The notes: generated by a model not told the origin, from the sequence alone. A stretch of DNA of 37,128 nucleotides from Capsulimonadales bacterium (GCA_033762295.1 JANRLW010000007.1:1-37128); one strand, 5' to 3'; positions 8,362-18,949 are shown, counted from the first letter of the stretch. Numbers and translations: made by a program.

Positions 8362-9703
8362 ATGTACGCCATAGTACCAGACATAGAATGGCACTGCCCA
8401 TCACCAGGACCGCCGGGTGACGCACGGTCGCCAGAAACCCGTCCCTGGCCACACGGGACGCGGTTTGCAGCGCCCCGGCCGGAACATCGCTCGCCGCGAC
8501 CGCCGGGACTTCCGCGACGACCATCGAACCGCGCATCGCCACAAATTTCCCGACCGGCGTACCGGCGCGTACCGGCGCGGGAATCTCCCGCGGCTCCGCC
8601 ACAAATGCCGTGGTAACGTCCGTTCCGCCGGGCAACAGACGGTCGGTCACCGTCTTCAGATCCGCCGTCGTTACGGCCAGCACCGTGGGAAGCACCCCGC
8701 CGGTCACCGGCACCGAGCCAACTCCCTGCCCTTCCGACGCCAGCACCAGCGAACCGAACCTTCGAAATCCCCAGCTCTGCAGGGCGACCGTATCGTCAAT
8801 CGAGGAACCGCCACGCGCGCCGAGAACGACCGAGATCAGCCGATGACCGTCACGCGTCGCCGACCCGACATAACAGAAGCCCGCCGCCCGTGTATTGCCC
8901 GTTTTGATGCCGTCCGCTCCGGGGAACTTCTCGTGGAACCGCCGTTTCATCCGCGAAACGATCCGCGAATCCTCCTTGTTGATGCTTCGTTCGATCTCCC
9001 GTGCCGGGAGCCGCACCGCCTCGGCGAATCGTGGGTTCCGCATCGCCACCGCCGCAATCCGCGCCAGGTCCCGCGCGGTCGAGTAATGGTTCGGTTCCGT
9101 CAGACCGTGCGGATTCACGAAATGCGTATCGTTACACCCGATCTCGGCCGCGCGGCGGTTCATCAGGTCGGCGAACGCCGCCACCGAACCGGCCACATGC
9201 TCCGCGATGACGACGCCGGCGTCGTTCCCGGATCGAAGCATGAAGCCGTAAAGAAGGTTCTCCGCCGTAAATTTCTCCCAGGGCTTGATATGAAGACTGC
9301 TCTCCTCGATCCTGGTTATTGCGGGGTTCGTGCAGGTGATGATGTCTTCCGGACGCGTGTTCTCGACCAGCAATAAACCCGTCATGATCTTGGTGGTCGA
9401 GGCGACCGGCCGGCGAACATCAGCGTTCTTCTCGTACAGCGTCCTCCCGCTGTCGGCATCGATCAGGATCGCCGATGGTACGGAGAGGACGGGAAGCCGG
9501 GCCAGATCGGTCGGATCGAAGAACGGCGGCAGTTTTCCTTTCGTGACCAGAGCCTGCGCATTCGGGATCGTCCAGGGAGCGGCCTTTCGCGAGGGCGGCG
9601 CGTGTTTCGTCGGGCGAGGGTCTTTGGCGGCGGCGGGAAGGGCAAGAGACGCAAGCCACAGGGCGACAACCAGCGGTTTCGTGCGGTCCATTGTCTCTAT
9701 CAT
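8231..9703 (-). CDS. D-alanyl-D-alanine carboxypeptidase (peptidase S11, DacB/DacF-like)
   Basis: Signal peptide, ASTTK (SxxK), SGN, KTG motifs, C-terminal TM; alternative start 9691. Confidence 0.92.
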   Translation of the reverse strand: MIETMDRTKPLVVALWLASLALPAAAKDPRPTKHAPPSRKAAPWTIPNAQALVTKGKLPPFFDPTDLARLPVLSVPSAILIDADSGRTLYEKNADVRRPVASTTKIMTGLLLVENTRPEDIITCTNPAITRIEESSLHIKPWEKFTAENLLYGFMLRSGNDAGVVIAEHVAGSVAAFADLMNRRAAEIGCNDTHFVNPHGLTEPNHYSTARDLARIAAVAMRNPRFAEAVRLPAREIERSINKEDSRIVSRMKRRFHEKFPGADGIKTGNTRAAGFCYVGSATRDGHRLISVVLGARGGSSIDDTVALQSWGFRRFGSLVLASEGQGVGSVPVTGGVLPTVLAVTTADLKTVTDRLLPGGTDVTTAFVAEPREIPAPVRAGTPVGKFVAMRGSMVVAEVPAVAASDVPAGALQTASRVARDGFLATVRHPAVLVMGSAILCLVLWRTYARTFTKGAGRRRNRVAPSGGGDDRGGSGSSRRRNRYTTGSAG

Positions 9704-9774
9704 ATCCCGAAATGTGAGAGGAATACAACATACGGAGCCCCGCGGATGTCGCGGACCTATATATGGTGTTTCGA

Positions 9775-10359
9775 TCAGGCCGCACCGGCGGCGACGAGGG
9801 CGGTTCGCATCGCCTCCTCCCGATTTTCCGGCGGGTCGTCCTCCTCCGGAACGGGAAGTTGCGCCAGAGATGCCAGACCGAAATAGTGCAGGAACGCCTC
9901 GGTCGTCGCATACAGGATCGGACGGCCCGGCGACGGTTTCCGGCCCGCCTCACGGATCAGTTCCCGCTCCACCAGCGTTTTCAGGACACCATCCACCGCC
10001 ACGCCGCGAATCGCCTCGATCTCCGCCTGCGTACACGGCTGGCGGTACGCGATAATCGTCACTGTTTCGAGTGCGGGACGGCTCAGGCGGTTCGCGTTCG
10101 GCGCCAGAAACCGCCCGATCAGCGAAGCGAACTCGGGGCGCGTTCCCATCTGCCAGCCACCCGCGATTTCGATCAGTTGCAGTCCCGAACCGGCCAGACG
10201 GTAACGCTCCCGCAAAGCCGTTAACGCTTCGACCAGACGCTCCTCGCTCGTCCCCGTCAACTTCGCCAGTTCCGCAGGAGCCAGAGGTTCCCCCGCGACG
10301 AACAGGAGGCATTCCAGAATCGCCGTCAGTTCCGCTCCGTCCGTTTCGGTACCGTTCAT
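9775..10359 (-). CDS. scpB: SMC-Scp complex subunit ScpB
   Basis: ILECLLFV, IAGGWQMGTRPE, LSRPALETVTIIAYRQP, IEAIRGV, PGRPILYATT; ATGA overlap with scpA stop. Confidence 0.95.
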   Translation of the reverse strand: MNGTETDGAELTAILECLLFVAGEPLAPAELAKLTGTSEERLVEALTALRERYRLAGSGLQLIEIAGGWQMGTRPEFASLIGRFLAPNANRLSRPALETVTIIAYRQPCTQAEIEAIRGVAVDGVLKTLVERELIREAGRKPSPGRPILYATTEAFLHYFGLASLAQLPVPEEDDPPENREEAMRTALVAAGAA

Positions 10360-11183
10360 CCGTTCGCTCTTTCGATACGCTGGGTTTCCGGAACGTAAAA
10401 GACCCGGATCGTGCCGCAAAAATCATCCTGGGTCACTTCCACCACACCGATCTTCAGCAGTTCCAGCAACGCCAGAAACAATAGAACCACCTCGTTCAAC
10501 AGAAACGGCGGGTCCGGAAGCAGCCATTCGAGTTCGATGCCGCCCCCGCCCGCCTTCTCCGCCCGGGTTCGTACCTCCGCCATCTTGATTCGCAACGTCA
10601 CTTTCTGACGCCGGACCGCCGTGACCGATCGCTCACCCGCTCCGACCCGCTCCAGAACTCGCTCCAGCGTCCGCAAGAGGTCCGATGCGGAGAGAGTGCC
10701 GAACCTCGGCGGGAAGCGGTACTCACCACCATATTCGGACGGCGGACGAAAGAACAACGCCCGGCGATCGGCCTCCGCCTGCCGGAGCGTCTCGGCAATC
10801 GTCTGAAATCGATTGTAGGCCAGCAGTCGCTCGACCAGTTCGGCGCGAGGGTCGTTTCCGGCAGGCAACGCCTCCTCCCCGTCGGACTCGCCCGGTTCCG
10901 CCGACGGCAACGGCGGCAGCAGCATCCGGGATTTGATCTCGATCAGGGTCGCCGCCATCACGAAAAACTCCCCGGCGATATTCAGGTCCATGGCCTCCAT
11001 CGCCGCCAGATGCAGCAGATACTGCTCGCACAGGCTCGTCATCGGCAGGTCGAAAATATCCATCCGCCCCAGCCGAACCAGGTGCAGCAACAGATCGAGC
11101 GGCCCGTTGAAACTGCCCAGTTCGACGGCGGGTAGTTCCCCGGAGAGTCGCTTTTCCCGAATCCCGGTCGCGGTGAAAGGCAT
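10356..11183 (-). CDS. scpA: Segregation/condensation protein ScpA
   Basis: FNGPLDLLLHL, AGEFFVMAATLIEIKSRMLLP, DPRAELVERLL, FLALLELLK; start ATG 11183 within the 1237-aa ORF. Confidence 0.95.
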   Translation of the reverse strand: MPFTATGIREKRLSGELPAVELGSFNGPLDLLLHLVRLGRMDIFDLPMTSLCEQYLLHLAAMEAMDLNIAGEFFVMAATLIEIKSRMLLPPLPSAEPGESDGEEALPAGNDPRAELVERLLAYNRFQTIAETLRQAEADRRALFFRPPSEYGGEYRFPPRFGTLSASDLLRTLERVLERVGAGERSVTAVRRQKVTLRIKMAEVRTRAEKAGGGGIELEWLLPDPPFLLNEVVLLFLALLELLKIGVVEVTQDDFCGTIRVFYVPETQRIERANG

Positions 11184-11198
11184 GGGAGCATTGTAGCA
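11184..11198 (-). promoter_or_regulatory. Extended -10 promoter, probably leaderless scpA mRNA
   Basis: TGCTACAAT lies 6 nt before the ATG; no SD. Confidence 0.6.
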
Positions 11199-11342
11199 CG
11201 TCACGCTCCCTTCAAGGTTATCCGTCGATCCGTTGACGTTTCGCCCTCCCTCGGAAGGTACACTGTTAGCGCGGCGCGAGAGATACCGCGACCCAACGGA
11301 AAACGCAACCGGCGGAAACGCTACGGAACGTAACAGGATACC

Positions 11343-14108
11343 GTGATGACCCCCAATCTTGAACCCACCGTGACCACGACCCCGAACCTGAAAACCGATC
11401 CCGCCTACGATTTGCTGCGCCAGACCGGTCCGCATCCCCTGGACGTTTTCTTCCGCCCGCGTTCCGTGGCGGTCATCGGCGCGACCGAAACCCCCGGCAG
11501 CGTCGGACGAACCCTGCTGACCAATCTGATCGGTTCGCCTTTCGGCGGGGTCGTCTATCCGGTCAACCCGAAACGCCCTGCCGTGCTCGGAATCCGCGCC
11601 TACCCCGCACTCGCCGATATCCCCGATTCCGTGGACCTCGCGGTAATCGTGACCCCCGCCCCGACCGTTCCCGGTCTCATCGAGGAGTGCGTCGCCGCCG
11701 GCGTCAACGGAGCGATCATTATCTCCGCCGGATTCAAAGAGATCGGCCCCGAAGGGGTCGAACTGGAACGGCAGGTTTTGCAAAAGGCGCGCGCCGGAAA
11801 CCTCCGCATCGTCGGACCGAACTGCCTCGGGGTCATGTCCCCGCTGACGGGTTTGAATGCCACGTTCGCACAGGCGATGGCACGGCCGGGTCATGTCGCC
11901 TTCCTTTCCCAGTCCGGCGCCCTTCTGACCGCCGTTCTCGACCATGCGCTTCGTGAGAATATTGGGTTCTCGGCTTTCGCATCGCTCGGCTCGATGCTCG
12001 ATGTCGGCTGGGGCGACCTGATCGACTATCTCGGCAACGACGCCAATACCCGGAGCATCGTCCTCTACATGGAGAGCATCGGCGACGCGCGGCTCTTCCT
12101 TTCCGCCGCCCGCGAGGTCGCCCTCAATAAACCGATCATCGTCATCAAGGCCGGACGAACCGCCATCGGGGCGAAAGCGGCCGCCTCTCATACCGGATCG
12201 CTCACCGGGTCCGACGACGTCCTCGATACCGCGTTTCGCCGGGCAGGGGTACTTAGAGTCGATACGATCGCCGATGTCTACGCCCTGACCGAGGCCCTGG
12301 CCAAACAACCCCTGCCGAAAGGGAATCGGCTGACCCTCGTTACCAACGCCGGTGGGCCGGGCGTCCTCGCAACCGATACCCTGATCGCCGGAGGCGGCAC
12401 CCTCGCCCCGATCGGCGAACATACGATCGAAACCCTCAATACTTTCCTGCCGTCCGCATGGAGCCATAACAACCCGATCGATGTTCTCGGCGACGCCGGT
12501 CCGCAACGGTATGCCCGCACCCTCGCCCTGGCCGCCGCCGACGAGAACAGCGACGGATTGCTCGTCATTCTTACCCCGCAGGCGATGACCGATCCGACCG
12601 GCACCGCCGAACTGCTCGTACCCTACGCGCAATCCCTCGGAAAACCGGTCTTCGCCTCCTGGATGGGAGGCGCGACCGTCACCGCCGGGGCGGAGATACT
12701 GGCCAGAGCGGGTATTCCGACCTTTGCCTACCCGGATGAGGCGGCGAACGTCTTCAACCAGTTCCGGAAATACGCCGATAATCTGCGCGCCCTGTACGCC
12801 ACTCCGTCCCCGACCGTTCCGGAAGCCGCCGACCATACGCTTGCGGAGAGTCTTTTGCGCGACGTCCGGGCGAAGGGACGCTCGCTCCTCACCGAGTTCG
12901 AATCCAAACGAATCCTCACCGCCTACGGAATTCCGACCGTGGAAACGCGGGTGGCGGGATCCGAGGAGGAAGCCGTCGAGATCGCCCAGCAGTTTGGCTT
13001 CCCGGTCGTCCTCAAATTGAACTCCGAAACGATCACCCACAAGACGGACGTCAACGGTGTGCATCTGAACCTGCGCAATGAAAGCGCCGTTCGGGCGGCC
13101 TGGGTCGCGATCCGTCAGGGGGTCCACGAAGCGGCGGGAGACGGACACTTCCAGGGAGTCACCGTCCAGCCGATGGCCCGACTCGACGGTTACGAAATCA
13201 TCCTGGGCGCGTCCCCCGATCCGCAATTTGGGCCGGTCCTCCTCTTCGGCACCGGGGGCCAGCTGGTGGAGGTCTACCAGGACTCCGCCCTCGCCCTGCC
13301 TCCCCTGACCAGCGTCCAGGCCCGTCGTCTTATGGAACAGACGCGAATATACAAGGCGCTCCTCGGCGTTCGCGGACGACCGCCGGTCGATATGGAAGCG
13401 CTCGAACATCTGTTGGTCCGGTTCTCCCAGCTGGTCGTCGACCTGCCGCTCATCAAGGAGATCGATATCAACCCGCTGATCGCCTCCGATACCCAGCTTC
13501 TGGCTCTGGACGCACGGGTGGTCCTGTACGACGAAGGGACACCCGAAACCGAGATTCCCCGTCCGGCGATCCGCCCGTACCCCCATCGCTATGTCGGAAC
13601 GGCGCAGCTGACCGACGGCACCTCGATCGTCATTCGCCCGATACGCGCCGAGGACGAACAGCGGCTGATCGCGTTCCATGAGGGCCTCTCCGAACGCAGT
13701 GTCACGCTGCGGTATTACCAGCCGTTCGCTCTCACTCAGCGCGTCGCCCATGAACGCCTCCACCGGATCACCCAGGCCGATTACGACCGGGTTATCCCCC
13801 TGATCGCCGTTCTCGACGACGAACGGATGATCGGTATCGCCCGCCTGACGCGGGGCGCCCGTCTCGGCGTGACCGACACGACCGCGGCCTTCACCCTGCT
13901 GGTTACGGACGCTTTCCAGGATCGCGGACTCGGTACGGCGTTGCTGCGACGTCTGATGGAGGTGGCGAAGGCGGAGGGCATCACCGAACTGCAGGCGGAA
14001 ATTCTCGCCGAAAACCTTCCGATGCAGGCGATCTGTCAGTCGCTGGATTTCACGCTGACGGAGCCGCATGGCGACCCGCCCACCGTGACGGCGAGGCGGT
14101 CCGTTTAA
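11343..14108 (+). CDS. NDP-forming acyl-CoA ligase family / GNAT fusion (Pat/PatZ-like architecture)
   Basis: [47 protein letters not shown]-terminal GNAT QDRGLG; alternative start ATG 11346. Confidence 0.93.
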   Translation: MMTPNLEPTVTTTPNLKTDPAYDLLRQTGPHPLDVFFRPRSVAVIGATETPGSVGRTLLTNLIGSPFGGVVYPVNPKRPAVLGIRAYPALADIPDSVDLAVIVTPAPTVPGLIEECVAAGVNGAIIISAGFKEIGPEGVELERQVLQKARAGNLRIVGPNCLGVMSPLTGLNATFAQAMARPGHVAFLSQSGALLTAVLDHALRENIGFSAFASLGSMLDVGWGDLIDYLGNDANTRSIVLYMESIGDARLFLSAAREVALNKPIIVIKAGRTAIGAKAAASHTGSLTGSDDVLDTAFRRAGVLRVDTIADVYALTEALAKQPLPKGNRLTLVTNAGGPGVLATDTLIAGGGTLAPIGEHTIETLNTFLPSAWSHNNPIDVLGDAGPQRYARTLALAAADENSDGLLVILTPQAMTDPTGTAELLVPYAQSLGKPVFASWMGGATVTAGAEILARAGIPTFAYPDEAANVFNQFRKYADNLRALYATPSPTVPEAADHTLAESLLRDVRAKGRSLLTEFESKRILTAYGIPTVETRVAGSEEEAVEIAQQFGFPVVLKLNSETITHKTDVNGVHLNLRNESAVRAAWVAIRQGVHEAAGDGHFQGVTVQPMARLDGYEIILGASPDPQFGPVLLFGTGGQLVEVYQDSALALPPLTSVQARRLMEQTRIYKALLGVRGRPPVDMEALEHLLVRFSQLVVDLPLIKEIDINPLIASDTQLLALDARVVLYDEGTPETEIPRPAIRPYPHRYVGTAQLTDGTSIVIRPIRAEDEQRLIAFHEGLSERSVTLRYYQPFALTQRVAHERLHRITQADYDRVIPLIAVLDDERMIGIARLTRGARLGVTDTTAAFTLLVTDAFQDRGLGTALLRRLMEVAKAEGITELQAEILAENLPMQAICQSLDFTLTEPHGDPPTVTARRSV

Positions 14109-14129
14109 GAGGCGGTCGCTTTCACGGCC

Positions 14130-15110
14130 TTACGCGAAAAGCGCGGGCGTTCCCCCGGTATGGATAAAAAGCACCGTATCCTCCGGGGCGAAACGTTCCT
14201 TCCGTATATCGTCGATCAGCCCGGCCATCGCTTTGGCCGAATAGACCGGGTCCAGGAAAACGCCTTCGACGCGGGCCAGCAGACGAAGCGCCTCCTGGCT
14301 TTCCGGGGTCGGCGCGCCGTACCGCGGCCCCATGTACTCGGTCCCGCATCGGACCTGCTCCGGCGTCACAATCTCGTCACTGCCGAGCCGGGCGGCGGTC
14401 GCCGTCGCCAGATCGGCGATATCCTCCGCCCAGGACCGTCCGTCCGGAAGAGCGACGCCGTACCCGAGTACGACGGATTTCGAACCGAGCAGACGAACAC
14501 CGGTTTCGATGCCGGCCTGTGTTCCGCCCGAACCGGTCGCGACCGCGACATAATCCGGTACGATCCCCTGTTCGGTCCATTCAAGGACGGCGGCGGCATA
14601 CCCGACCGCGCCGATCGCGTTCGATCCGCCGATCGGGATCGGGTAAGGATTTTTCCCCTCCTGCCGGAGCCGCTCCGCCAGGTCGCGCATCGCCGCCGAA
14701 ACGTCCGCGCCCGGTTCGGAGAAATGGAGTTTGGCGCCCAGCCAGCGATCCGCGACCAGATTTCCGGTCGCCGTCGCGGGTTCGGGGCCGCGCAGGCAGA
14801 GATGGACCTCCATACCGTACATCGCCCCGACCCCGGCGGTCTGTCGGCAATGGTTACTCTGGGCGGCGCCGGCCGTAAGCAGCGTGTCGCAGCCGCGATC
14901 CAGAGCGTCGGCGACCAGCCATTCCAGTTTCCGAAGCTTGTTTCCTCCCAGCGCCACCCCGTTCAGGTCGTCCCTCTTGATCAGGAGGCGCGGCACACGG
15001 CCCGCCCCCCCCAGGAGATCGCGGAGGCGTGCCAGTTCCTGCACCGGGGTCGGAGCCAGTGCGAACCGCTCCCGGGGCAGACGTAACAGAGAATCAGCGA
15101 GCGAAATCAA
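14130..15110 (-). CDS. D-cysteine desulfhydrase / ACC deaminase family PLP enzyme
   Basis: IKRDD..GGNKLRKLE, QSNHCR, GSGGTQAG, LDPVYSAKA, IHTGG; TTG 15110 preceded by GGGGAGG. Confidence 0.92.
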   Translation of the reverse strand: MISLADSLLRLPRERFALAPTPVQELARLRDLLGGAGRVPRLLIKRDDLNGVALGGNKLRKLEWLVADALDRGCDTLLTAGAAQSNHCRQTAGVGAMYGMEVHLCLRGPEPATATGNLVADRWLGAKLHFSEPGADVSAAMRDLAERLRQEGKNPYPIPIGGSNAIGAVGYAAAVLEWTEQGIVPDYVAVATGSGGTQAGIETGVRLLGSKSVVLGYGVALPDGRSWAEDIADLATATAARLGSDEIVTPEQVRCGTEYMGPRYGAPTPESQEALRLLARVEGVFLDPVYSAKAMAGLIDDIRKERFAPEDTVLFIHTGGTPALFA

Positions 15111-15304
15111 GGTCGAACCTCCCCACCGGACAGCGTCCGAAAAACCGTGTATCATTATGCGGGCGGGGATCGATCGGGTCAAGCAAGAGCCGGCATTACC
15201 GTACCGGGGCAATGTTGCCCTCCTTTTCTCCTGAGGTTGTCGCCGCGCGGGCGGTCTTGCCTGCCCGAACCTAATCCTGATGTCGAAAGTGTTCCGAAGC
15301 GCCT

Positions 15305-16264
15305 ATGTTATCGCGTGAAGCTGACTCTCTTTTCTGGATGGGCCGATACCTGGAGCGGGCCGAAGCGACCGCTCGCATCGTCGATGTCCAGTACCATGCC
15401 GCGCTCGAAGCGCCCTCCCTGGGTCGCGATCCCTCCTCCCTCTGGAACTCGATCCTGGAAATCTCCGGCGATGACCTGATTTTTCAAGCGCGTTACGGGG
15501 ACGTTACCGAACGGGACCTCATCCGGTTCATGGTTTTTGACGCCGACCAGCCCAACTCGGTTGTGTCCTGCATCCGCTCGGCGCGGGCGAACGCCCAGGG
15601 AGTGCGCGAAACCATCTCCTCAGAGATGTGGGAGGCGGTCAATCGCGCCTACCTCGACCTTTCGCATCGCTCGCTCGACGATATGTTCGCCACCTCTCCG
15701 CACGCTTTCCTGACGGATATTCGGAACCGTTGCCACCTTTTCTACGGACTGGCGGAGCGGACGATGCTGATTGGCGACGCCTCCAACTTCGTCAAGACCG
15801 GCATTTTCCTGGAACGCGCCGACCAGATGAGCCGACTGACAGACGTCCTCGTCCGCGAACTGACCGGCGGAGATTATATCATCAGCGAAGGCGAAACGAT
15901 CGATGTTCACGGATGGATCGCCTGCCTTAAATCCGCGTCCGCCTTCGAAGCGTTCCGCAAAACGTACCGTGGCGGAATCACCGCCGACAACGTTCTCGCC
16001 TTCCTGATCCTCGACTGGGAATACCCGTCGTCGCTCCACCATGCCATTTCTCAGGTGGAACGATGCCTGCGGAGCATTTCCGGCTCCCACGGCCGCCGTT
16101 ATGCGAACGACGCCGAGCGGCTGGCCGGGCGTCTCCATTCCGACCTCTCCTTCCTGACCGTCAACGAACTCCATCGTTACGGACTTCATGAGTTCCTCGA
16201 AGGGATCCAGAAACGGTGCTGGGAGATCGGCGACGCCATTCGAGACCTCTACCTTCGGCACTGA
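15305..16264 (+). CDS. Alpha-E domain protein (DUF403)
   Basis: MLSR.ADSLFWMGRYLERAE, RETISSEMWE, FLERAD motifs. Confidence 0.92.
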   Translation: MLSREADSLFWMGRYLERAEATARIVDVQYHAALEAPSLGRDPSSLWNSILEISGDDLIFQARYGDVTERDLIRFMVFDADQPNSVVSCIRSARANAQGVRETISSEMWEAVNRAYLDLSHRSLDDMFATSPHAFLTDIRNRCHLFYGLAERTMLIGDASNFVKTGIFLERADQMSRLTDVLVRELTGGDYIISEGETIDVHGWIACLKSASAFEAFRKTYRGGITADNVLAFLILDWEYPSSLHHAISQVERCLRSISGSHGRRYANDAERLAGRLHSDLSFLTVNELHRYGLHEFLEGIQKRCWEIGDAIRDLYLRH

Positions 16265-16360
16265 ACGGTCGCACGCCCACGGCGTGATATTATTCGCACC
16301 CCGGTCCGTATTCGACGTTCCGGCATAATTTCTGCAACCCTCGCAAGCCGAAGGGGACAG

Positions 16361-18235
16361 ATGCAATCCACCAACGGAGATACACACCATCGCGAAACCA
16401 TCGGCAACGCCATTACGGACGATTGGCAGGACGTCGTCCTGTGCGCACTGTCGCGGGTGACGATCGCCCCCGATGAGGCGACCGCGATCGGCGAGTCGAT
16501 GCTACGGCAGGCCGAGAGGGAGCGGGACGACGAGCGAGTCGCCTGGTGCCGAACACTGATCGGTGCCGCACAGTTCGGTAAGGGGCACCTTGCCGAAGCC
16601 ATCGCCCTGCTGGAGACCGCACTGAGCGCGTTGGAGCGGTATGGTAACCATCGGCTCAAAGCCTACTGTCTCCATTTCCTCGGCGGAAGTTATTTCAATC
16701 TGGGCGACTATCCACGGGGTCTGGAGTACACCTATCAGGCGTTGACCCTTCGACGCAACCAGGGAAACGATCAGGAATTGACTGCCAGTGTCGGCGCGTA
16801 TGGCGCGATTCAGGGTGCGCTCGGTAATCTTCGCGAAGCTGCGTCGGCGTTCACCGAAGCGCTGGAAATCTCCCGAAGGGCGAACGATCGGTTAGGTCAG
16901 GCCGTGAATCTGGGGAACCTCGGGCGACTCCGATTCAAGATCGATCCGGAAAGCGACGAAACGTTTCGATATCTGTCCGAAAGCATTCGGTTGGCCGAGG
17001 AACTCGGCGAGAAGCGTCTTCTGGTGACTGTCCTGACGAATCAGGCCGAAGCGCTATCACACCGTGGCCGATATGCCGAAGCGCACGCCAGCGCACAGCG
17101 TGCCGTCCGCGAGGCCGAACAGATCCCTGCGTCCCGTTTCCGTGTTCACGCTTTGCTGCAACTCGCCGCTGTCCGAATCGAACAGCGGCAGTGGACCGAA
17201 GCCGAAGTGTCCCTTCAACGGGCGCAGACGGAAGCCGAGAACGGCCACCTCACCGCCGTTCCCCGGCTTTCGATGGTCCGCGGTCAGTTGAACAAGGCCC
17301 ATGGTGATCTGAAACAGGCCTATCGATGTTACCTGGATGCTCGCGAGCAGGCCACCACACTGGGGGAAAAAGAGGTCGTCGCCGGAATCGAACGGGTACT
17401 GTCCGCCGTCAGCGAGGAGATGGGCGATGTGTCGACCGCCCTTCGCCATTTCCGTGCCTTCCATGAACTGCAATGTGCGCTCGATCGGCGCTCAGCCCAG
17501 AATCTGCTACTCGCCGAACACACCCGGGCCATGATCGAACAGGCGCAACGAGAGACGGAACTGGCACGCGCCGAGGCGGAACTCGAGCGACTGCGGAACC
17601 GCGAGTTGTCGGAGGCGAACCGTGAGAAGGATCTCCGGTTGCATCAACTCCAGCAACAGGCCAATCACCTGGCCCGACTTGCCATCGAAGATCCGCTCAC
17701 CGGATTATATAATCGCCGCTACCTCATGGAATACCTGACCGGAGAACTGGACCGCGCCCGCCGGGGGAATTATCCGGTGACGGTGGTCCTTGCCGACCTG
17801 GATAACTTCAAGAAGGTCAACGACCGCTTTTCCCATGCCGTCGGCGACGAAGTACTGAAAACGACCGCCCAGATTCTACGTCAGTCCTGCCGTCGGGGCG
17901 ATGTGGCCGCGCGGTACGGCGGCGAGGAGTTCGTGGTTGTCCTGCCGGAAACCGATGCGGCCGGTGCGGAGATTCTCTGTGAACGCATTCGCCACGGCAT
18001 CGAAAACTTCGGATGGGAGCGGTACCACCCGGACCTCAGGGTCACGATCAGCCTCGGAATTGCCGATGAAGCACTGCGTCAACCGGACCGCCTCCTCGCC
18101 CTCGCCGACCGGCGTCAATATCAGGCCAAACACGATGGGAAAAATCGGATCGTCTCCCGGTTCAACGAACGGCTGGTCGATATGCCTCCCGCAGACGCCT
18201 GCCCGTTCGGATCGGCAACCTGCCCGTCCTTTTAA
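16361..18235 (+). CDS. TPR-repeat diguanylate cyclase
   Basis: TPR repeats, coiled coil, DPLTGLYNRR, DLDNFKKVND, RRGD I-site, RYGGEEF. Confidence 0.93.
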   Translation: MQSTNGDTHHRETIGNAITDDWQDVVLCALSRVTIAPDEATAIGESMLRQAERERDDERVAWCRTLIGAAQFGKGHLAEAIALLETALSALERYGNHRLKAYCLHFLGGSYFNLGDYPRGLEYTYQALTLRRNQGNDQELTASVGAYGAIQGALGNLREAASAFTEALEISRRANDRLGQAVNLGNLGRLRFKIDPESDETFRYLSESIRLAEELGEKRLLVTVLTNQAEALSHRGRYAEAHASAQRAVREAEQIPASRFRVHALLQLAAVRIEQRQWTEAEVSLQRAQTEAENGHLTAVPRLSMVRGQLNKAHGDLKQAYRCYLDAREQATTLGEKEVVAGIERVLSAVSEEMGDVSTALRHFRAFHELQCALDRRSAQNLLLAEHTRAMIEQAQRETELARAEAELERLRNRELSEANREKDLRLHQLQQQANHLARLAIEDPLTGLYNRRYLMEYLTGELDRARRGNYPVTVVLADLDNFKKVNDRFSHAVGDEVLKTTAQILRQSCRRGDVAARYGGEEFVVVLPETDAAGAEILCERIRHGIENFGWERYHPDLRVTISLGIADEALRQPDRLLALADRRQYQAKHDGKNRIVSRFNERLVDMPPADACPFGSATCPSF

Positions 18236-18401
18236 GAGACTTTTTCAACACATCGAACGGCAGTTTTGAGCGATTTATGCCTCATAATTCGAAATTCACC
18301 GATGTTCCTGTTCCGTTTTTTCCATTTTTCCCTTTTTCTTCCATCGGACGATGGATCCGAAACGAGTGGCGAAGAGGATCTGAGGGTGGTATTATATAGA
18401 C

Positions 18402-18482
18402 ATACCGCCGCGGAAAACACCCGTGGAAAGATTCGTTGAGATATCGCGACCTACTATTTTACAGGAGGTCGCGTTTTTGTTT
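18402..18482 (+). ncRNA. Candidate small RNA / attenuating leader, copy A
   Basis: TGGTATTAT extended -10 (18387-18395), 7 nt, TACCGCCG, hairpin, terminator CGCGACCT..AGGTCGCG-TTTTTGTTT; same architecture as copy B. Confidence 0.5.
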
Positions 18483-18535
18483 GCCGGCGTTTATCCTTCG
18501 TCGGTGCTCCGTCGATACGGGAAACGGAGGCAACG

Positions 18536-18949
18536 ATGATCCCCCTTACCCCCGCCGAGAAACAACGGCGTAAATATCGAAGGACAGCCAACCGCGCCCC
18601 CGGACGCGAGGAACGCCTCGCGTCGGAAGAGGTGGCGGAGTACCTTTCCCTGACGTTCGACCCTGATCCCGCTCTGCGTTGCGACGCCGTTCGCGCCCTT
18701 TGCCCCTGTCACGTACAGGCAAACCGAACCGACGTCTGGGATCGCCTGCTTCAACTGTCGAACGATCCGGACCTTGACGTTCGCAAAGCCGTCTTCCACA
18801 CCCTCGGCGACGGATCGCCTGCCGAACGGGAAACCGAGATCGTCCGAATCCTCGAAGCGATGTACCAGGAACCGGACCCGAAATTCCGTCGACAAATCCG
18901 GCATCTGCTGGCCCACTATCGGCGAACCGGCAGGCTCAATATTCTTTAA
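18536..18949 (+). CDS. Small HEAT-repeat protein with CPCH motif
   Basis: GGAGG SD; DPDPALRCDAVRAL, DPDLDVRKAVFHTLG, EPDPKFRRQI repeats. Confidence 0.82.
   Translation: MIPLTPAEKQRRKYRRTANRAPGREERLASEEVAEYLSLTFDPDPALRCDAVRALCPCHVQANRTDVWDRLLQLSNDPDLDVRKAVFHTLGDGSPAERETEIVRILEAMYQEPDPKFRRQIRHLLAHYRRTGRLNIL

Noticed and set aside
11233..11264. TTGACG..TACACT promoter for the ligase/GNAT gene
   Set aside because: The 20-nt spacer is too long for a confident -35/-10 pair; the -10 alone may be real
11184..14069. 1237-aa minus-strand ORF, apparently a giant ScpA fusion
   Set aside because: The upstream ~960 codons are the antisense shadow of the ligase/GNAT gene; ScpA homology and a promoter begin at 11183
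16361..18235. Horizontally acquired island around the TPR-GGDEF gene (looks slightly less GC-rich)
   Set aside because: No integrase, tRNA, IS ends or direct repeats seen; composition not quantified
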